Shown: positions 40,208 to 51,313, counted from the stretch's first letter. The stretch is 64,000 bases of DNA from Pseudobacter ginsenosidimutans (GCF_007970185.1 NZ_CP042431.1:6429342-6493341), one strand, 5' to 3'. Numbers and translations: made by a program. The notes: generated by a model not told the origin, from the letters alone.

Positions 40208-41400
40208 ATGAAAAATGTAATCAAAGTATCCGCACTCTGCATTGTAACCACTATGGCAGGGCTCACCGGATGTAAAAAAGATTCCGACGAGAAAATACCG
40301 GATGCCGTAACTATCAAAACACCTGCCGGAGGTTTCACAGCCGACAGGTTGAAAACACTGAAGCTTTCCACAGAAACCAATATTACCAACGGAACCCGGG
40401 AATGGAAAGTAGACGATCAGCTGGTGAGCACAGACAGTGTTTACTATTTCATCAGCGACAAGGAAGGTACTTACCAGGTATCCATCACAGTTAGTAACGG
40501 CAACAGGATTGCCACCAGCACAGCAACCATCCAGGTGAAGAATGAAACGGTTGCGTACAAACGTAATGCCATGAAAGTATTCGATTTTCAGCCGGCGCCA
40601 GGTCAATTCCTGAATGAACTGCCCATGTGGGAATCAGGCATTACCGAAGCACAGATGATCGCCAGGGCACAGGATGAGATCCTGGCCAACCGCATGGTGT
40701 CTCTCGGTACTTTTGGCGGCTATATCGTAATGGGCTTCGACCACGCCGTTATGAACGTTCCCGGACAGGCCAATTTCAGGGTGCTGGGCAATGGATTCGC
40801 TACCTGGTCTGAAGCCGGTATCATCGAAGTAGCCGTAGATGCCAATGGCAACGGATTGCCCGATGATGAATGGTTCGAGATCGCAGGATCGGAATACAAC
40901 AAAGCCTCCACCATCAAAGATTATGAGATCACCTATTACAAGCCCAATGAAGAAAAAGAACCCGTGACCCACCCCAATTTCCCTTACGCATCGGATATGG
41001 AATATATCAAATGGACAGATAACAAAGGGGCACCGGATATGTGTATAAGAACTCTTTCCATAGTCAATCCTATTATCCCCAGTGGAAAGGGAATACCCTC
41101 ACCTTCAAAGGCACTAAGATCGCGAATGATAAGATCGAGAACAGTTCAGAAGATCCGGAATTCCCGTATTGGACCAGTGGTGAATTCGATTTCGGTTATG
41201 CAGATAACTGGCCGAATAGCGATGAAAGATCCGCTATAAAGCTGGATTGGGCCGTGAGTAAAAAAACCGGACAACCCGTAAAACTTTCCGGCATTCACTT
41301 CGTGCGTGTATACACCGGCCTGCTCGCCGATATCGGCTGGCTCGGAGAGCTCTCTACTGAAGTTGGAGGAGCAGAAGACCTTAATATTCCAAAAAAATAA
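40208..41400 (+). CDS. B12-locus surface lipoprotein (possibly BtuH-like or another accessory B12-binding lipoprotein). The frame breaks near 41023-41045.
   Basis: Lipoprotein signal ...AGLTGCKKDSDE. The protein continues in a second frame (ORF 41041-41400). It is under the B12 riboswitch. Confidence 0.45.
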
Positions 41401-41486
41401 TCGGACGATCAGGGCTTGCAAAGCCTTGCCATAACTAACTTTTATGGTCATGCGCTTTGCAGTCTGCTGGTTGAATTTTCCTGTTA

Positions 41487-43502
41487 ATGAAGCATCCCTT
41501 TTCATACCTTCTCCTCTCCCTTCTTTGCTCAACCGCGGCGGTTCAAGGCTTCGCGCAGCAGCAGCACAGTTCCGGCGTTCGTCACCTGGATTCCGTTGTA
41601 GTAACTGGTGAAAGATCCCGCAGGGAGATCATTCCTGTGCAGGTACTTTCCGGAGCAGCGCTGAAAAAACTCAGCGTGTATTCCGTGGCAGATGCCATCC
41701 GCTATTTCTCCGGTGTACAGGTGAAAGATTATGGCGGTATCGGCGGACTGAAAACGGTGGATGTGCGCAGCCTGGGCAGCCATCATGTAAAAGTATTCTA
41801 CGATGATATTGAATTCAGCAATGCCCAGAACGGCGTAGTGGACCTGGGCAGGTTTTCGCTTGACAATATGGAAGCCATCAGTCTCCACAATGGTCAGAAA
41901 AGCGCCATCCTGCAATCAGCCAAAGATTATGCATCTGCCAGTTCCGTTTACCTCACTGCCCGTATGCCGCAGGTAACAAAAGAGAAAAAAGATCTCTTCA
42001 AAGCCACCATCAAAGCAGGTTCCTTTGGCACCATCAACCCTTCAGGATTCTGGGAACACAGATGGTCAGACAAGATCAGTTCTGCGTTCAGTGCAGAATT
42101 CCTGAACACTAGCGGAGAATACAAATTCCGCTACGCGAAAAAAGACGGATACGATACAACAGAAAAAAGGAAAAATGGAAATGTGCAATTGTTCCGCCTG
42201 GAAGGAACAGTATTTGGCAAAGTATTGAATGGTGAATGGAAAGCCAGGCTGTACTGGTACAAATCAGAAAGAGGTTATCCCGGCGCAGCCGTTCGCGAAC
42301 TGCCGGGATTGTTCCCGAACCAGGACAGGCAGTGGGACAATAACTTTTTTGCACAGGCATCTTTCCGGAAGAATATCAGCAAGTGGTATACCCTGCAGTT
42401 GAAAACAAAATTAGCACATGATTACCTGCATTATATTTCCGATCCACGGAAAGATGTCAGCACCATGTACATCAACAATACCTACAAACAGCAGGAAGTG
42501 TATGTATCCGCTGCCAATCTTTTCAATATCACTAACTGGTGGAGCCTGAATGCCGCTGCTGATCTCAGTTTCAATAAGCTGGATGCCAACCTGGTGAATT
42601 TCGCATATCCAAGGCGGTTAAGTACCCTGGCAGCCCTGTCTTCTTCCTTCACTTTCAATCGCGTGAAATTGCAGGGATCCCTCCTGGGCAGTTTTGTGAA
42701 TGAAGAAGCGAGACTTGCCAACAGCTCCGCAGGTAACAAGCAGGAATATACGCCCAGTCTGATTTTCAACTGGCAGCCTTTTTACGCGAGGGAGCTTCAT
42801 TTCCGTGCTTTCTACAAACGCATTTTCAGGATGCCAAGCCTGAATGATCTCTATTATACACAGATCGGCAACAAAGACCTGGCGCCTGAATACACCACAC
42901 AGTATAATGCCGGTTTCACTTATACATTCTCCGGGAAAACAGGAATCCTGCGCAGACTGGAACCGCAGGTGGACCTATATTTCAACAAAGTGACCGATAA
43001 GATAGTGGCGATGCCCACTTCCAACCAGTTCCGCTGGACCATGATGAACCTCGGTCAGGTACAGATCAAAGGCATGGATATTTCAATACCTGCTTCCTGG
43101 CAACTCTTCGGGCAATTGCTACTGGATACAAGATTCAGTTACACCTACCAGAAAGCGCAATATTTTGTTGACAAAACTGATCCGTTTTACGGAGGCCAGA
43201 TCCCTTACGCGCCCTGGCATAGCGGTTCCGCCATCATCAGCCCCGGGTGGAAAACATGGAGCCTCAATTACAGTTTCGTGTATACAGGCGAGCGATACAG
43301 TTCCGTGGCGAATATCCCCGAGAACTATGTGAAGCCCTGGTACACTCATGATCTCGGTTTGACCAAACTGATCAAAAAAGAGAAAAAAGAATGGCGGTTC
43401 TCAGCCGAAGTGAACAATATTTTCAACCAGCAATACGAAGTGGTGCAATGGTACCCAATGCCCGGCATCAACTACCGGCTCACTGCCAGCACACAACTGT
43501 GA
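41487..43502 (+). CDS. btuB: TonB-dependent receptor, BtuB-like vitamin B12 transporter.
   Basis: Signal peptide. TonB-box-like DSVVVTG. The plug and barrel pattern are present. It is downstream of the B12 riboswitch and followed by a beta-propeller lipoprotein. Confidence 0.65.
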   Translation: MKHPFSYLLLSLLCSTAAVQGFAQQQHSSGVRHLDSVVVTGERSRREIIPVQVLSGAALKKLSVYSVADAIRYFSGVQVKDYGGIGGLKTVDVRSLGSHHVKVFYDDIEFSNAQNGVVDLGRFSLDNMEAISLHNGQKSAILQSAKDYASASSVYLTARMPQVTKEKKDLFKATIKAGSFGTINPSGFWEHRWSDKISSAFSAEFLNTSGEYKFRYAKKDGYDTTEKRKNGNVQLFRLEGTVFGKVLNGEWKARLYWYKSERGYPGAAVRELPGLFPNQDRQWDNNFFAQASFRKNISKWYTLQLKTKLAHDYLHYISDPRKDVSTMYINNTYKQQEVYVSAANLFNITNWWSLNAAADLSFNKLDANLVNFAYPRRLSTLAALSSSFTFNRVKLQGSLLGSFVNEEARLANSSAGNKQEYTPSLIFNWQPFYARELHFRAFYKRIFRMPSLNDLYYTQIGNKDLAPEYTTQYNAGFTYTFSGKTGILRRLEPQVDLYFNKVTDKIVAMPTSNQFRWTMMNLGQVQIKGMDISIPASWQLFGQLLLDTRFSYTYQKAQYFVDKTDPFYGGQIPYAPWHSGSAIISPGWKTWSLNYSFVYTGERYSSVANIPENYVKPWYTHDLGLTKLIKKEKKEWRFSAEVNNIFNQQYEVVQWYPMPGINYRLTASTQL

Positions 43503-43527
43503 TCACTAATCGAAAAAATGTATAGCC

Positions 43528-44667
43528 ATGAAAACCCTGTTGCCCATCTTACTGCTTGTTGTGCTGCTGAATGCCTGCCGTAAGGAAGATGCCATCATCC
43601 CTCCTACTCTCAACAAGGTAACAGAAGGCACCAATGGTATTGTGAAAGGCTTCTTCCTGCTGAATGAAGCCAATATGGGCAGCAATAAATCATCCCTGGA
43701 TTATTTCGATTATGAAACAGGAGTGTACTGGAAGAATATCTTCGCCACCCGCAATCCCACTGTTACAAAGGAACTCGGTGATGTAGGAAACGATATCCAG
43801 ATCTATGGCAACAAAATATATGCTGTGATCAATGTGAGTAACCTGGTGGAAGTGTTGGACCTGGGCACAGCCACACATATCGGTACTATTTCGGTTCCCA
43901 ATTGCCGATATATTACTTTCCACGAAGGATACGCCTATGTGAGCTCTTATGCCGGCCCTGTCAAGATCGATCCCAATGCACGCCTGGGTTATGTGGCACG
44001 CATAGATACAGCCACACTCCAGGTGAAAGACACCTGTGTAGTGGGCTACCAGCCGGAAGAAATGGTGGTCCGCAACAACAAACTCTACGTGGCCAATTCA
44101 GGCGGTTACCGCGTTCCGAAATATGACAGCACTGTTTCCGTGATCGATCTAAATACTTTCAAAGAAATATCGAAGATCGAGGTGGCCATCAATCTCCACC
44201 GCATGAAAAAAGATAATCATGGAAATATCTATGTGACCAGCCGCGGTAACTATTTCAAAATACCTTCCCGTACCTTCATCATCAACGCATCCGATGAAGT
44301 TTCCGAACTACCGGAACTCCCTGCCAGCAATCTGACCATCCTCGGGGACACTGCCTATGTATACAGCACTGAATGGAATTATACCACCGGCAAGAATACT
44401 ATCAGCTATGCTCAAGTGAATACTACCACCCATGAGATCGTATCCCGTAATTTCATCAAAGACGGTACTGAATCAAAGATCAAAATTCCCTACGGCATTG
44501 CCGTTAACCCGGAGACACGCGAGATCTATGTAACCGATGCAGGCAATTATGTTACCCCCGGCCGCATTTATTGCTTCTCGCCAGAGGGCATACGAAAATG
44601 GGATACCCAAACAGGCGATATCCCAGCCCACTTCGTGTTCACTTACAAACGTTTGAGCGGACTGTAG
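43528..44667 (+). CDS. Beta-propeller surface lipoprotein, BtuG-like.
   Basis: Lipobox LLNACRK. Repeated blade motifs are NKIYAVIN, NKLYVANSGG, GNIYVTSRG and REIYVTDAGN. It is immediately 3' of the btuB-like gene. Confidence 0.5.
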   Translation: MKTLLPILLLVVLLNACRKEDAIIPPTLNKVTEGTNGIVKGFFLLNEANMGSNKSSLDYFDYETGVYWKNIFATRNPTVTKELGDVGNDIQIYGNKIYAVINVSNLVEVLDLGTATHIGTISVPNCRYITFHEGYAYVSSYAGPVKIDPNARLGYVARIDTATLQVKDTCVVGYQPEEMVVRNNKLYVANSGGYRVPKYDSTVSVIDLNTFKEISKIEVAINLHRMKKDNHGNIYVTSRGNYFKIPSRTFIINASDEVSELPELPASNLTILGDTAYVYSTEWNYTTGKNTISYAQVNTTTHEIVSRNFIKDGTESKIKIPYGIAVNPETREIYVTDAGNYVTPGRIYCFSPEGIRKWDTQTGDIPAHFVFTYKRLSGL

Positions 44668-44752
44668 CACTATTAAGTTTGAGCAATTAGTCATTACTTT
44701 GTAACTGTGAAGCAGGTATTGCGACCAATGGTTTACCTAATGATGATATTAC

Positions 44753-46699
44753 ATGAGCTCAACATCAACGGTTTTATTTCATAAGCGCGTAACGGCAGCC
44801 GGCGTATTGATTGCTGCCGGCATTGTTTTTGGCGACATCGGCACATCGCCGCTTTATACACTGAATGCCGTCTTTCACGGCAGGGTGATCACGGAAGAAG
44901 TAGCGCTGGGCGCACTCTCCGCCATTTTCTGGACCCTCTTCTTTCAAACCACGCTCAAGTATGTGATCATCACCCTGCAGGCCGATAACAAGGGTGAAGG
45001 TGGTATCTTCTCGCTCTATGCATTGATCCGTCGTTACTGGGGCCACTGGCTGCTGATCCCTGCAATGGCAGGCGGCGCCTTTCTCATTGCAGACGGCATC
45101 ATCACTCCTCCCATCTCTGTTGCTTCCGCAATAGAGGGTTTGCAGAAATTCAACCCGCATCTCAATACTGTTCCTATCATCATCGCCATACTGGTTGGGC
45201 TATTCCTGTTCCAGCAATTCGGAACAGAAAGGATCGGTAAGATCTTTGGTCCGGTGATGTCTGTCTGGTTCACATTTATCGGAGTGCTCGGCATCATGGC
45301 CATGACGCAATACCCCAGTGTTCTGAAAGCACTCAATCCTTATTATGCCTATGTAATGTTGCGTGAAGTGCCCGGCGGTTTCTGGCTGCTCGGCAGCATC
45401 TTCCTTTGTACAACCGGAGCCGAAGCGCTGTACAGCGATATGGGCCATGTAGGCCGCAACAATATCCGCATCAGCTGGATCTATATCAAGGTAATGCTGA
45501 TCCTCGCTTATGCCGGACAAACAGCCTGGCTGCTGAACCATGTAGGTGAAACCACCGGAGAGGTCAGTCCATTTTTCCATATTGTTCCCGACTCCATTTA
45601 CATACCAGCCGTGATCATCGCCACCATGGCTACCATTATTGCCAGCCAGGCGTTGATCAGTGGTTGCTTCACGTTGATCAATGAAGCCATACGCCTCGAT
45701 ATCTGGCCGCGGCATCGTGTATTGTTCCCCGGTAATATGAAAGGACAATTGTATATTCCTTTTATCAACTGGTTCCTCATGGCCGGTTGTATCGGCATGG
45801 TGCTGTACTTCAAGGAATCCACCAAAATGGAAGCTGCATTTGGGCTTAGCGTTACGCTCACCATGCTGATGAGTACCGTGCTGATCAATTTCTACCTGCA
45901 CGCCAAACGAGTACCCTTTATCTGGGTGGTGCTGATCACCGGTATTTTCCTGGCCATCGAAACTGCCTTCCTCGTTGCCAATATGCAGAAGATCCACGAA
46001 GGCGGCTGGATCACCCTGATCATCGGCGCGGGACTATTCCTCATCATGTTCATCTGGCATCGCGGCCGCGCCATCAAACGCAAGCTGGTGAAACTGGTGC
46101 CCGTGGATGATTATGTAGACCTGCTCAAACGGCTTAGCACAGACGAACATATTCCCAAATACGCCACCAACCTGGTTTACCTTACTGCCAGCGGCAGTTC
46201 GAGAAAAATAGAAAAAACGGCCATCGACTCCATTCTGAGAAGAGCGCCCAAGCGGGCAGACGTTTACTGGTTCGTGCACATCAATGTGCTGGACGAACCC
46301 TATGCCATGCGCTATCATGTGCATACCATCGTGAAGAATGATGTTTACTTCGTGGAATTCAACCTCGGCTTCCGCATCGATCCCCGTATCGATTTCTATT
46401 TCAGGCAGGTGGTGGAAGACCTCGCAAAGAACAATGAGGTAGATGTATCAGAACGGTATGAAAAGAATTACCAGGACAGCCAGATCGGTGATTTCCGTTT
46501 CCTGGTGCTGGATTCCTTCCTGAGTTTCGAGAACGATATGCCTTTCTTCAAATCCTTTGTGATGAAGAGTTATTTTAACCTGAAACTGCTGAGCGTGAAA
46601 GAAGCCGTGAACTTCGGACTTGACCCAAGCAATGTAACAGTGGAGAAATATCCGGTGGTGGTTACACCGGTGCAGATGCCGAGACTGATCAGGGAGTAA
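44753..46699 (+). CDS. kup: KUP/HAK/KT potassium uptake transporter.
   Basis: GDIGTSPLYT signature. 12 TM segments plus a cytosolic C-terminus. Confidence 0.85.
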   Translation: MSSTSTVLFHKRVTAAGVLIAAGIVFGDIGTSPLYTLNAVFHGRVITEEVALGALSAIFWTLFFQTTLKYVIITLQADNKGEGGIFSLYALIRRYWGHWLLIPAMAGGAFLIADGIITPPISVASAIEGLQKFNPHLNTVPIIIAILVGLFLFQQFGTERIGKIFGPVMSVWFTFIGVLGIMAMTQYPSVLKALNPYYAYVMLREVPGGFWLLGSIFLCTTGAEALYSDMGHVGRNNIRISWIYIKVMLILAYAGQTAWLLNHVGETTGEVSPFFHIVPDSIYIPAVIIATMATIIASQALISGCFTLINEAIRLDIWPRHRVLFPGNMKGQLYIPFINWFLMAGCIGMVLYFKESTKMEAAFGLSVTLTMLMSTVLINFYLHAKRVPFIWVVLITGIFLAIETAFLVANMQKIHEGGWITLIIGAGLFLIMFIWHRGRAIKRKLVKLVPVDDYVDLLKRLSTDEHIPKYATNLVYLTASGSSRKIEKTAIDSILRRAPKRADVYWFVHINVLDEPYAMRYHVHTIVKNDVYFVEFNLGFRIDPRIDFYFRQVVEDLAKNNEVDVSERYEKNYQDSQIGDFRFLVLDSFLSFENDMPFFKSFVMKSYFNLKLLSVKEAVNFGLDPSNVTVEKYPVVVTPVQMPRLIRE

Positions 46700-46735
46700 A
46701 TATTATTTTCTATTTTTACCCAAACTTACTTTCGC

Positions 46736-47410
46736 ATGGATGTAAAAATCGATGAAAGCTGGAAGGTTGCACTGAAGAACGAGTTCACCAAGACCTATTT
46801 CCTGGAGATCGCTACTTTTCTGCGAACGGAAAAGATGACGGGTAAGACCATCTATCCTCCGGGCGGCCAGATCTTCAATGCTTTCAATCTGACTCATTTC
46901 GATAATGTGAAAGTGGTGATCCTGGGGCAGGACCCTTATCACGGTGCAGGACAAGCGCACGGACTTTGCTTTTCCGTTGCGCCGGGTATCAAGCCTCCTC
47001 CTTCCCTCGTGAATATTTTCAAGGAAATGCATTCAGACCTGGGTCTGCCCATTCCCAATCATGGCACGCTCACCAAATGGGCGGAGCAGGGCGTATTGCT
47101 GCTCAATGCCAGTCTCACAGTACGTGCAGGCGAACCGATGAGTCATGCCAAGATCGGCTGGGCGCAGTTCACCAATTCCGTGATCAAGAAAATATCGGAT
47201 GAAAAAAAGAATGTCGTCTTCCTTCTCTGGGGTAAGTTTGCGCAGGAGAAGCAGGAATTGATTGATGTAACGCGTCATCATCTGATATTGAAAGCTGCGC
47301 ATCCGTCGCCGTTTTCAGCAGATTCCGGTTTTTTCGGTTGTAAGCATTTTTCCAAAACCAACCAGTTCCTGGTGCAAAACGGTATCGACCCAATCGATTG
47401 GGCGCTTTGA
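46736..47410 (+). CDS. ung: Uracil-DNA glycosylase, family 1.
   Basis: [22 protein letters not shown] and HPSPFSA motifs. Confidence 0.85.
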   Translation: MDVKIDESWKVALKNEFTKTYFLEIATFLRTEKMTGKTIYPPGGQIFNAFNLTHFDNVKVVILGQDPYHGAGQAHGLCFSVAPGIKPPPSLVNIFKEMHSDLGLPIPNHGTLTKWAEQGVLLLNASLTVRAGEPMSHAKIGWAQFTNSVIKKISDEKKNVVFLLWGKFAQEKQELIDVTRHHLILKAAHPSPFSADSGFFGCKHFSKTNQFLVQNGIDPIDWAL

Positions 47411-47431
47411 TCTATCTTTGCCCTTTTACTT

Positions 47432-48181
47432 ATGCGTATTCTCAAAGCCATCATAGGAAGGATCATGGCCACCTGGGCCGCTTTGTTATTTGTAGCAACA
47501 CTGCTGATCTTTATGGTCCCCTTTCTTTTATTCTGTTATTACCTTCCGGACCCAAAGAAAACCTATCGTTTTCTGCAGATGGCTCGTGTATGGATGCAGG
47601 TATTCCTTAACGGTATTGGTTGTCCGCTTCGCGTGACCGGCCGGCAGCATTTCAAAAAAGGCGAGAATTACGTAGTGGTCTGCAATCACAATTCTTTCAT
47701 GGATGTGCCTATCAGTTCACCATTCATTCCCGGCGGCAATAAGACTATTGCGAAGGTCGAAATGAAGAAGATCCCTGTATTCGGTCTCATTTACCGGACC
47801 GGCAGTGTACTGGTAGACCGCAAGAGTGAGCAAAGCCGCAAGGGCAGCTATACAAAAATGAAGAATGTTTTAGCGATGGGGCTCCACATGTGTCTTTATC
47901 CCGAAGGCACCCGTAACAAAACTGAACAACCCATCAAAGCCTTCCACGACGGCGCTTTCAGGCTCAGCATTGAGACCGGCAAGGCTATCATCCCCGCTCT
48001 CATCTTCAATACCCGCAAAGTATTGCCCAGCTCTCCCACATTCTACCTGATGCCTCATCGTCTCTATTTCGATTTCCTGGCCCCCATGTCCCCTCTTCCC
48101 AATGAAACCACCGCCGAGTTCCGCGACCGCGTCCACAAAGTAATGGAAGCCCATTATGTGCAACACTACAAGAACAGATAA
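47432..48181 (+). CDS. plsC: 1-acyl-sn-glycerol-3-phosphate acyltransferase (PlsC family).
   Basis: HX4D motif CNHNSFMDVP. YPEGTRN motif. Confidence 0.75.
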   Translation: MRILKAIIGRIMATWAALLFVATLLIFMVPFLLFCYYLPDPKKTYRFLQMARVWMQVFLNGIGCPLRVTGRQHFKKGENYVVVCNHNSFMDVPISSPFIPGGNKTIAKVEMKKIPVFGLIYRTGSVLVDRKSEQSRKGSYTKMKNVLAMGLHMCLYPEGTRNKTEQPIKAFHDGAFRLSIETGKAIIPALIFNTRKVLPSSPTFYLMPHRLYFDFLAPMSPLPNETTAEFRDRVHKVMEAHYVQHYKNR

Positions 48182-48342
48182 TAAAATAGTGGAACTGTAA
48201 ACAAATAAACCGCAGAAGCAAAAGCATTATCAGAAGCATTAGCACTTACAAACAATCCCCTACATAACAGCCTGCTGCAACATCCTGCACCCACTGTCCC
48301 CATTCACAAACACTGACGCACTCTCACCCCCTCTCCCCTCTC

Positions 48343-48540
48343 AGTGTGCTGTAGCAAAGGGATAGGTCATTGCCGGGCCTTCGAAACGTAAGCTCCACAG
48401 CCCATCCCTGTACCAAAGCCCCATCCAGGCAACAAAAAGTCCATCGAACTACAACCTGCGCGGTTCGTTTCACAGCCCGCAAAGACCTATCCCTTTGCTA
48501 CTCCCAAAAAATATCGTAAAGTAATTTGCTACAGCACACC
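48343..48540. repeat. Long imperfect inverted repeat between convergent genes, flanked by C-rich tracts.
   Basis: Left arm gtgtgctgtagcaaagggataggtc. Right arm gacctatccctttgctac...tgctacagcacac. An 8-bp direct duplication tttgctac brackets a 23-nt insert in the right arm. Confidence 0.5.
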
Positions 48541-48550
48541 CCCTCCCCAT

Positions 48551-51235
48551 TTATTGTCCGTAGAAAAAGCGGGTCCTGTTGATCTTCAAATCCCTCAGCA
48601 ATCCGCTCTTCGGATTGATGGTGATATTGAAGGTCCTGTACAACCCCACCGGTGTAACGTTGATGGACATTTGCCAACAGTGCATTTCACGGCTAAGCGA
48701 GAGCGTTAGCGACTGAATGGAAGACGACTTGAAATCATAGTAACTGCTTGCGCCCATTTTCCATCGGGGCGTTAGGTTGAAGTCTCCGTTCACGTTGATA
48801 CTGGCATTGGAAACCGTTTCCCAGCCTTTGTAATCCGGACGGAACTGTCGTGAGAAATTATAGGAGAATGAAAGATTGACTGACCAGGGAATATTGAAAT
48901 CGGCAAACTCGGAAGGGTTGCGTCTTGCGTATTCGAGTTGTGCCTGTTGTTCTTCCAGGGTGAGTGGTGGCAGGCCCAGGTCTTTTTCCGCATCTTCCTG
49001 TTCCTTGGCTTTTTTCTCGTCTTTCGGCTTGCTCTGGAAAGTGGTGGAGATGGAGACGCTGCCACTGGTGATACGGCCGGGTTTGAAACCACCGCCACCG
49101 GACCACATATATTTGTCCATACGATAACCCGAGCTGTCTACCTGGTAAGGGTCAAGCACGGCGCCCGCTGTGATATTGATCTTCTCGAAAAGAGTGCTGC
49201 GCGCATAAAGACTGAATGGCGCCAGTTTGAAAGAATCGGCTACCAGGTTATAACTACTGTTGAAACCGAAACCATCAATCAGCCTGATCTTTTTGATACC
49301 GCCGTTGGCCGTATCTTTCTTACTGCGGATCTTGGCTTCGATATTATTATCGATACCGAAACCGATACCACCGAATACGCCTTCGGAGAAAGGCCCGTAG
49401 ATGCTTCCTTCGTAATGGGATGCCCGAATGGTCCTTCCGGTACTGTCAACCACGAAATCATACCAATCCTTTGCAGCCAGGTCTGGCTTATAGCTCAGTG
49501 AAATGTTGGGACGCACCACGTGACGGATCGCTTCGAACTTGCTGTTCTTTCCGAACCTGTCGAATTTGCCAAACAAAGCGGTATTCATGCCTACGCTGAA
49601 AGAGATATCGCGGGCCTGGAAGAAACCATTCTGGGCCGTGAGCGTGTCCACCTTGTTCTTTCCTGGATTGAATGCTTTTACGATCTTTCTGGAATACCAT
49701 TTTTCGGAATAGCTGATGCCCGGCGCGATCTGAATGGGTCCCAGCGGGGGTAATGACAATTGAATGGGAATATTATGCTGTGCGCCCCATTGCATCGTAT
49801 CCAGGATCTTGCTCACATTGAAATCCCTTTCATACACACTGATCTGGTTGGCGAAGTTGGTATTGAGACCGATCCCCAGTTTCTGGTACCATTTAGGTGA
49901 GCCTATCATTTCTTTAGGCTGGAAAGGATAAAAAGTGTTTACCGTGAACGCAGCCGTGGGCAGGCTCATATTGATGAGCGTGGATACGTTGTTCTGACTA
50001 TGGTTGGCGCTCAGGGTCAGGTTGAATTTATTGTCCCAGTTCTTCTGATAAGAAATAGATGAGCTCAGCTGGTTCTGAAAATTGAGTGTTGGGTTATTGG
50101 CCACATACTGGTTGTACTTGGTAGAACCTGCATTCACATTGGCGGAGAATGATGTTCCCGGTCTGGCCCTGCTGTCTACCGAATGGCTCCAGTTGATATT
50201 GAAGGTTTGTGAAGTGGTATACTCCTGCTTGGCCGTATTGCTGAGAATTCGTGTATTCTGGAACGATAGGTTCATGCTTCCGTTATAACGGTAACGCTTA
50301 CGGTAAGTAGGAGATAAATACACATTGTATCCTCCGTAGGAATAGATATTGGTGCGGAGGGTAACGTCGAAATTATCATTGAGTACCTTATAATAACCCA
50401 GACCTTCGAGACCGATACCGAACTGTTCACTGGCCGCGAATTGTGGCGGGAGCAATCCGGAATGCCGGCCCTGTGAGATGGGAAAGAAACCGAATGGCAG
50501 GTAAATGGGCACAGGCACCCCTTCGAATTCCGGGTGAATGGGCCCGGACACTGCCAGTTTCTTGTTCACGAGTTTCATCTTCTTCGTTCGAAAGGCGAAG
50601 TGAGGTGTGTCCAGATTACAGGTTGTCATTTGTCCACGGAGTGCATAGTAATCCGTTTCATTGATCTTCTTGATGGTTTCTCCGTGCACGAACATTTCGC
50701 CCTGGGCGGTGGTGGTTGATTTGGTAAGGCCGCGCTGGGTCTTGAAATTGTAACGGATCAGATCAGACTCCATCTTGGTATCTGCCTGCACCATTTTTGG
50801 TCTGCCGATCATTTTACCGGTGGAATCCCTGCGGAATACGGCAATCACCATATTGCTGGGCTGGTCCAGCTCGATGCTGTCTGCCGTCAGTTCCATATCC
50901 TTTTGCTTCACCGAAGCCTTGCTGTAGAGGATGATCTTTTTAGTTTTCACCTCCATTACCATGGAATCGGATGCAGCATAATTCACGGGAGCATCCAGGG
51001 AATCCTTAGACATCCTGATACTGAAAGTATCCGTCTTTGTTATGAGCGAGTCCTTACGTTGGGGGATGGTATCGCTCTTCGGAACTTTGGATGTGTCCTG
51101 AAAAGCAGTTAATGAATTGTAAAAATAATAATCTGAATTGTAATTCGCGCGTAGATTGGACGTTATTAGCAAAAGTGATACGAATAAAATCCATGCTGAA
51201 CTCTGTTTTAAGCTATTTTTGCGTCCGTTAGTCAT
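48551..51235 (-). CDS. LptD-like outer-membrane LPS-assembly protein (Bacteroidota long form).
   Basis: About 890 aa outer-membrane-type protein with a signal/TM N-terminus. It sits in a neighbourhood with Amidase_3, MlaD and OstA-like genes, as is typical for Bacteroidota lptD. Confidence 0.4.
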   Translation of the reverse strand: MTNGRKNSLKQSSAWILFVSLLLITSNLRANYNSDYYFYNSLTAFQDTSKVPKSDTIPQRKDSLITKTDTFSIRMSKDSLDAPVNYAASDSMVMEVKTKKIILYSKASVKQKDMELTADSIELDQPSNMVIAVFRRDSTGKMIGRPKMVQADTKMESDLIRYNFKTQRGLTKSTTTAQGEMFVHGETIKKINETDYYALRGQMTTCNLDTPHFAFRTKKMKLVNKKLAVSGPIHPEFEGVPVPIYLPFGFFPISQGRHSGLLPPQFAASEQFGIGLEGLGYYKVLNDNFDVTLRTNIYSYGGYNVYLSPTYRKRYRYNGSMNLSFQNTRILSNTAKQEYTTSQTFNINWSHSVDSRARPGTSFSANVNAGSTKYNQYVANNPTLNFQNQLSSSISYQKNWDNKFNLTLSANHSQNNVSTLINMSLPTAAFTVNTFYPFQPKEMIGSPKWYQKLGIGLNTNFANQISVYERDFNVSKILDTMQWGAQHNIPIQLSLPPLGPIQIAPGISYSEKWYSRKIVKAFNPGKNKVDTLTAQNGFFQARDISFSVGMNTALFGKFDRFGKNSKFEAIRHVVRPNISLSYKPDLAAKDWYDFVVDSTGRTIRASHYEGSIYGPFSEGVFGGIGFGIDNNIEAKIRSKKDTANGGIKKIRLIDGFGFNSSYNLVADSFKLAPFSLYARSTLFEKINITAGAVLDPYQVDSSGYRMDKYMWSGGGGFKPGRITSGSVSISTTFQSKPKDEKKAKEQEDAEKDLGLPPLTLEEQQAQLEYARRNPSEFADFNIPWSVNLSFSYNFSRQFRPDYKGWETVSNASINVNGDFNLTPRWKMGASSYYDFKSSSIQSLTLSLSREMHCWQMSINVTPVGLYRTFNITINPKSGLLRDLKINRTRFFYGQ

Positions 51236-51313
51236 AATGCAGTGGGAGCAAAAATAAACAGAAAAGCATTAAGATGTTGTGAAGGTTTCGTTTCCTGATA
51301 AATTGAACATGTA

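Noticed and set aside
45200-45997. 265 aa His/Gly-rich antisense ORF inside the kup gene, with further antisense ORFs at 44774-45336.
   Set aside because: It overlaps a confidently identified Kup transporter. Its composition reflects the complement of hydrophobic codons.
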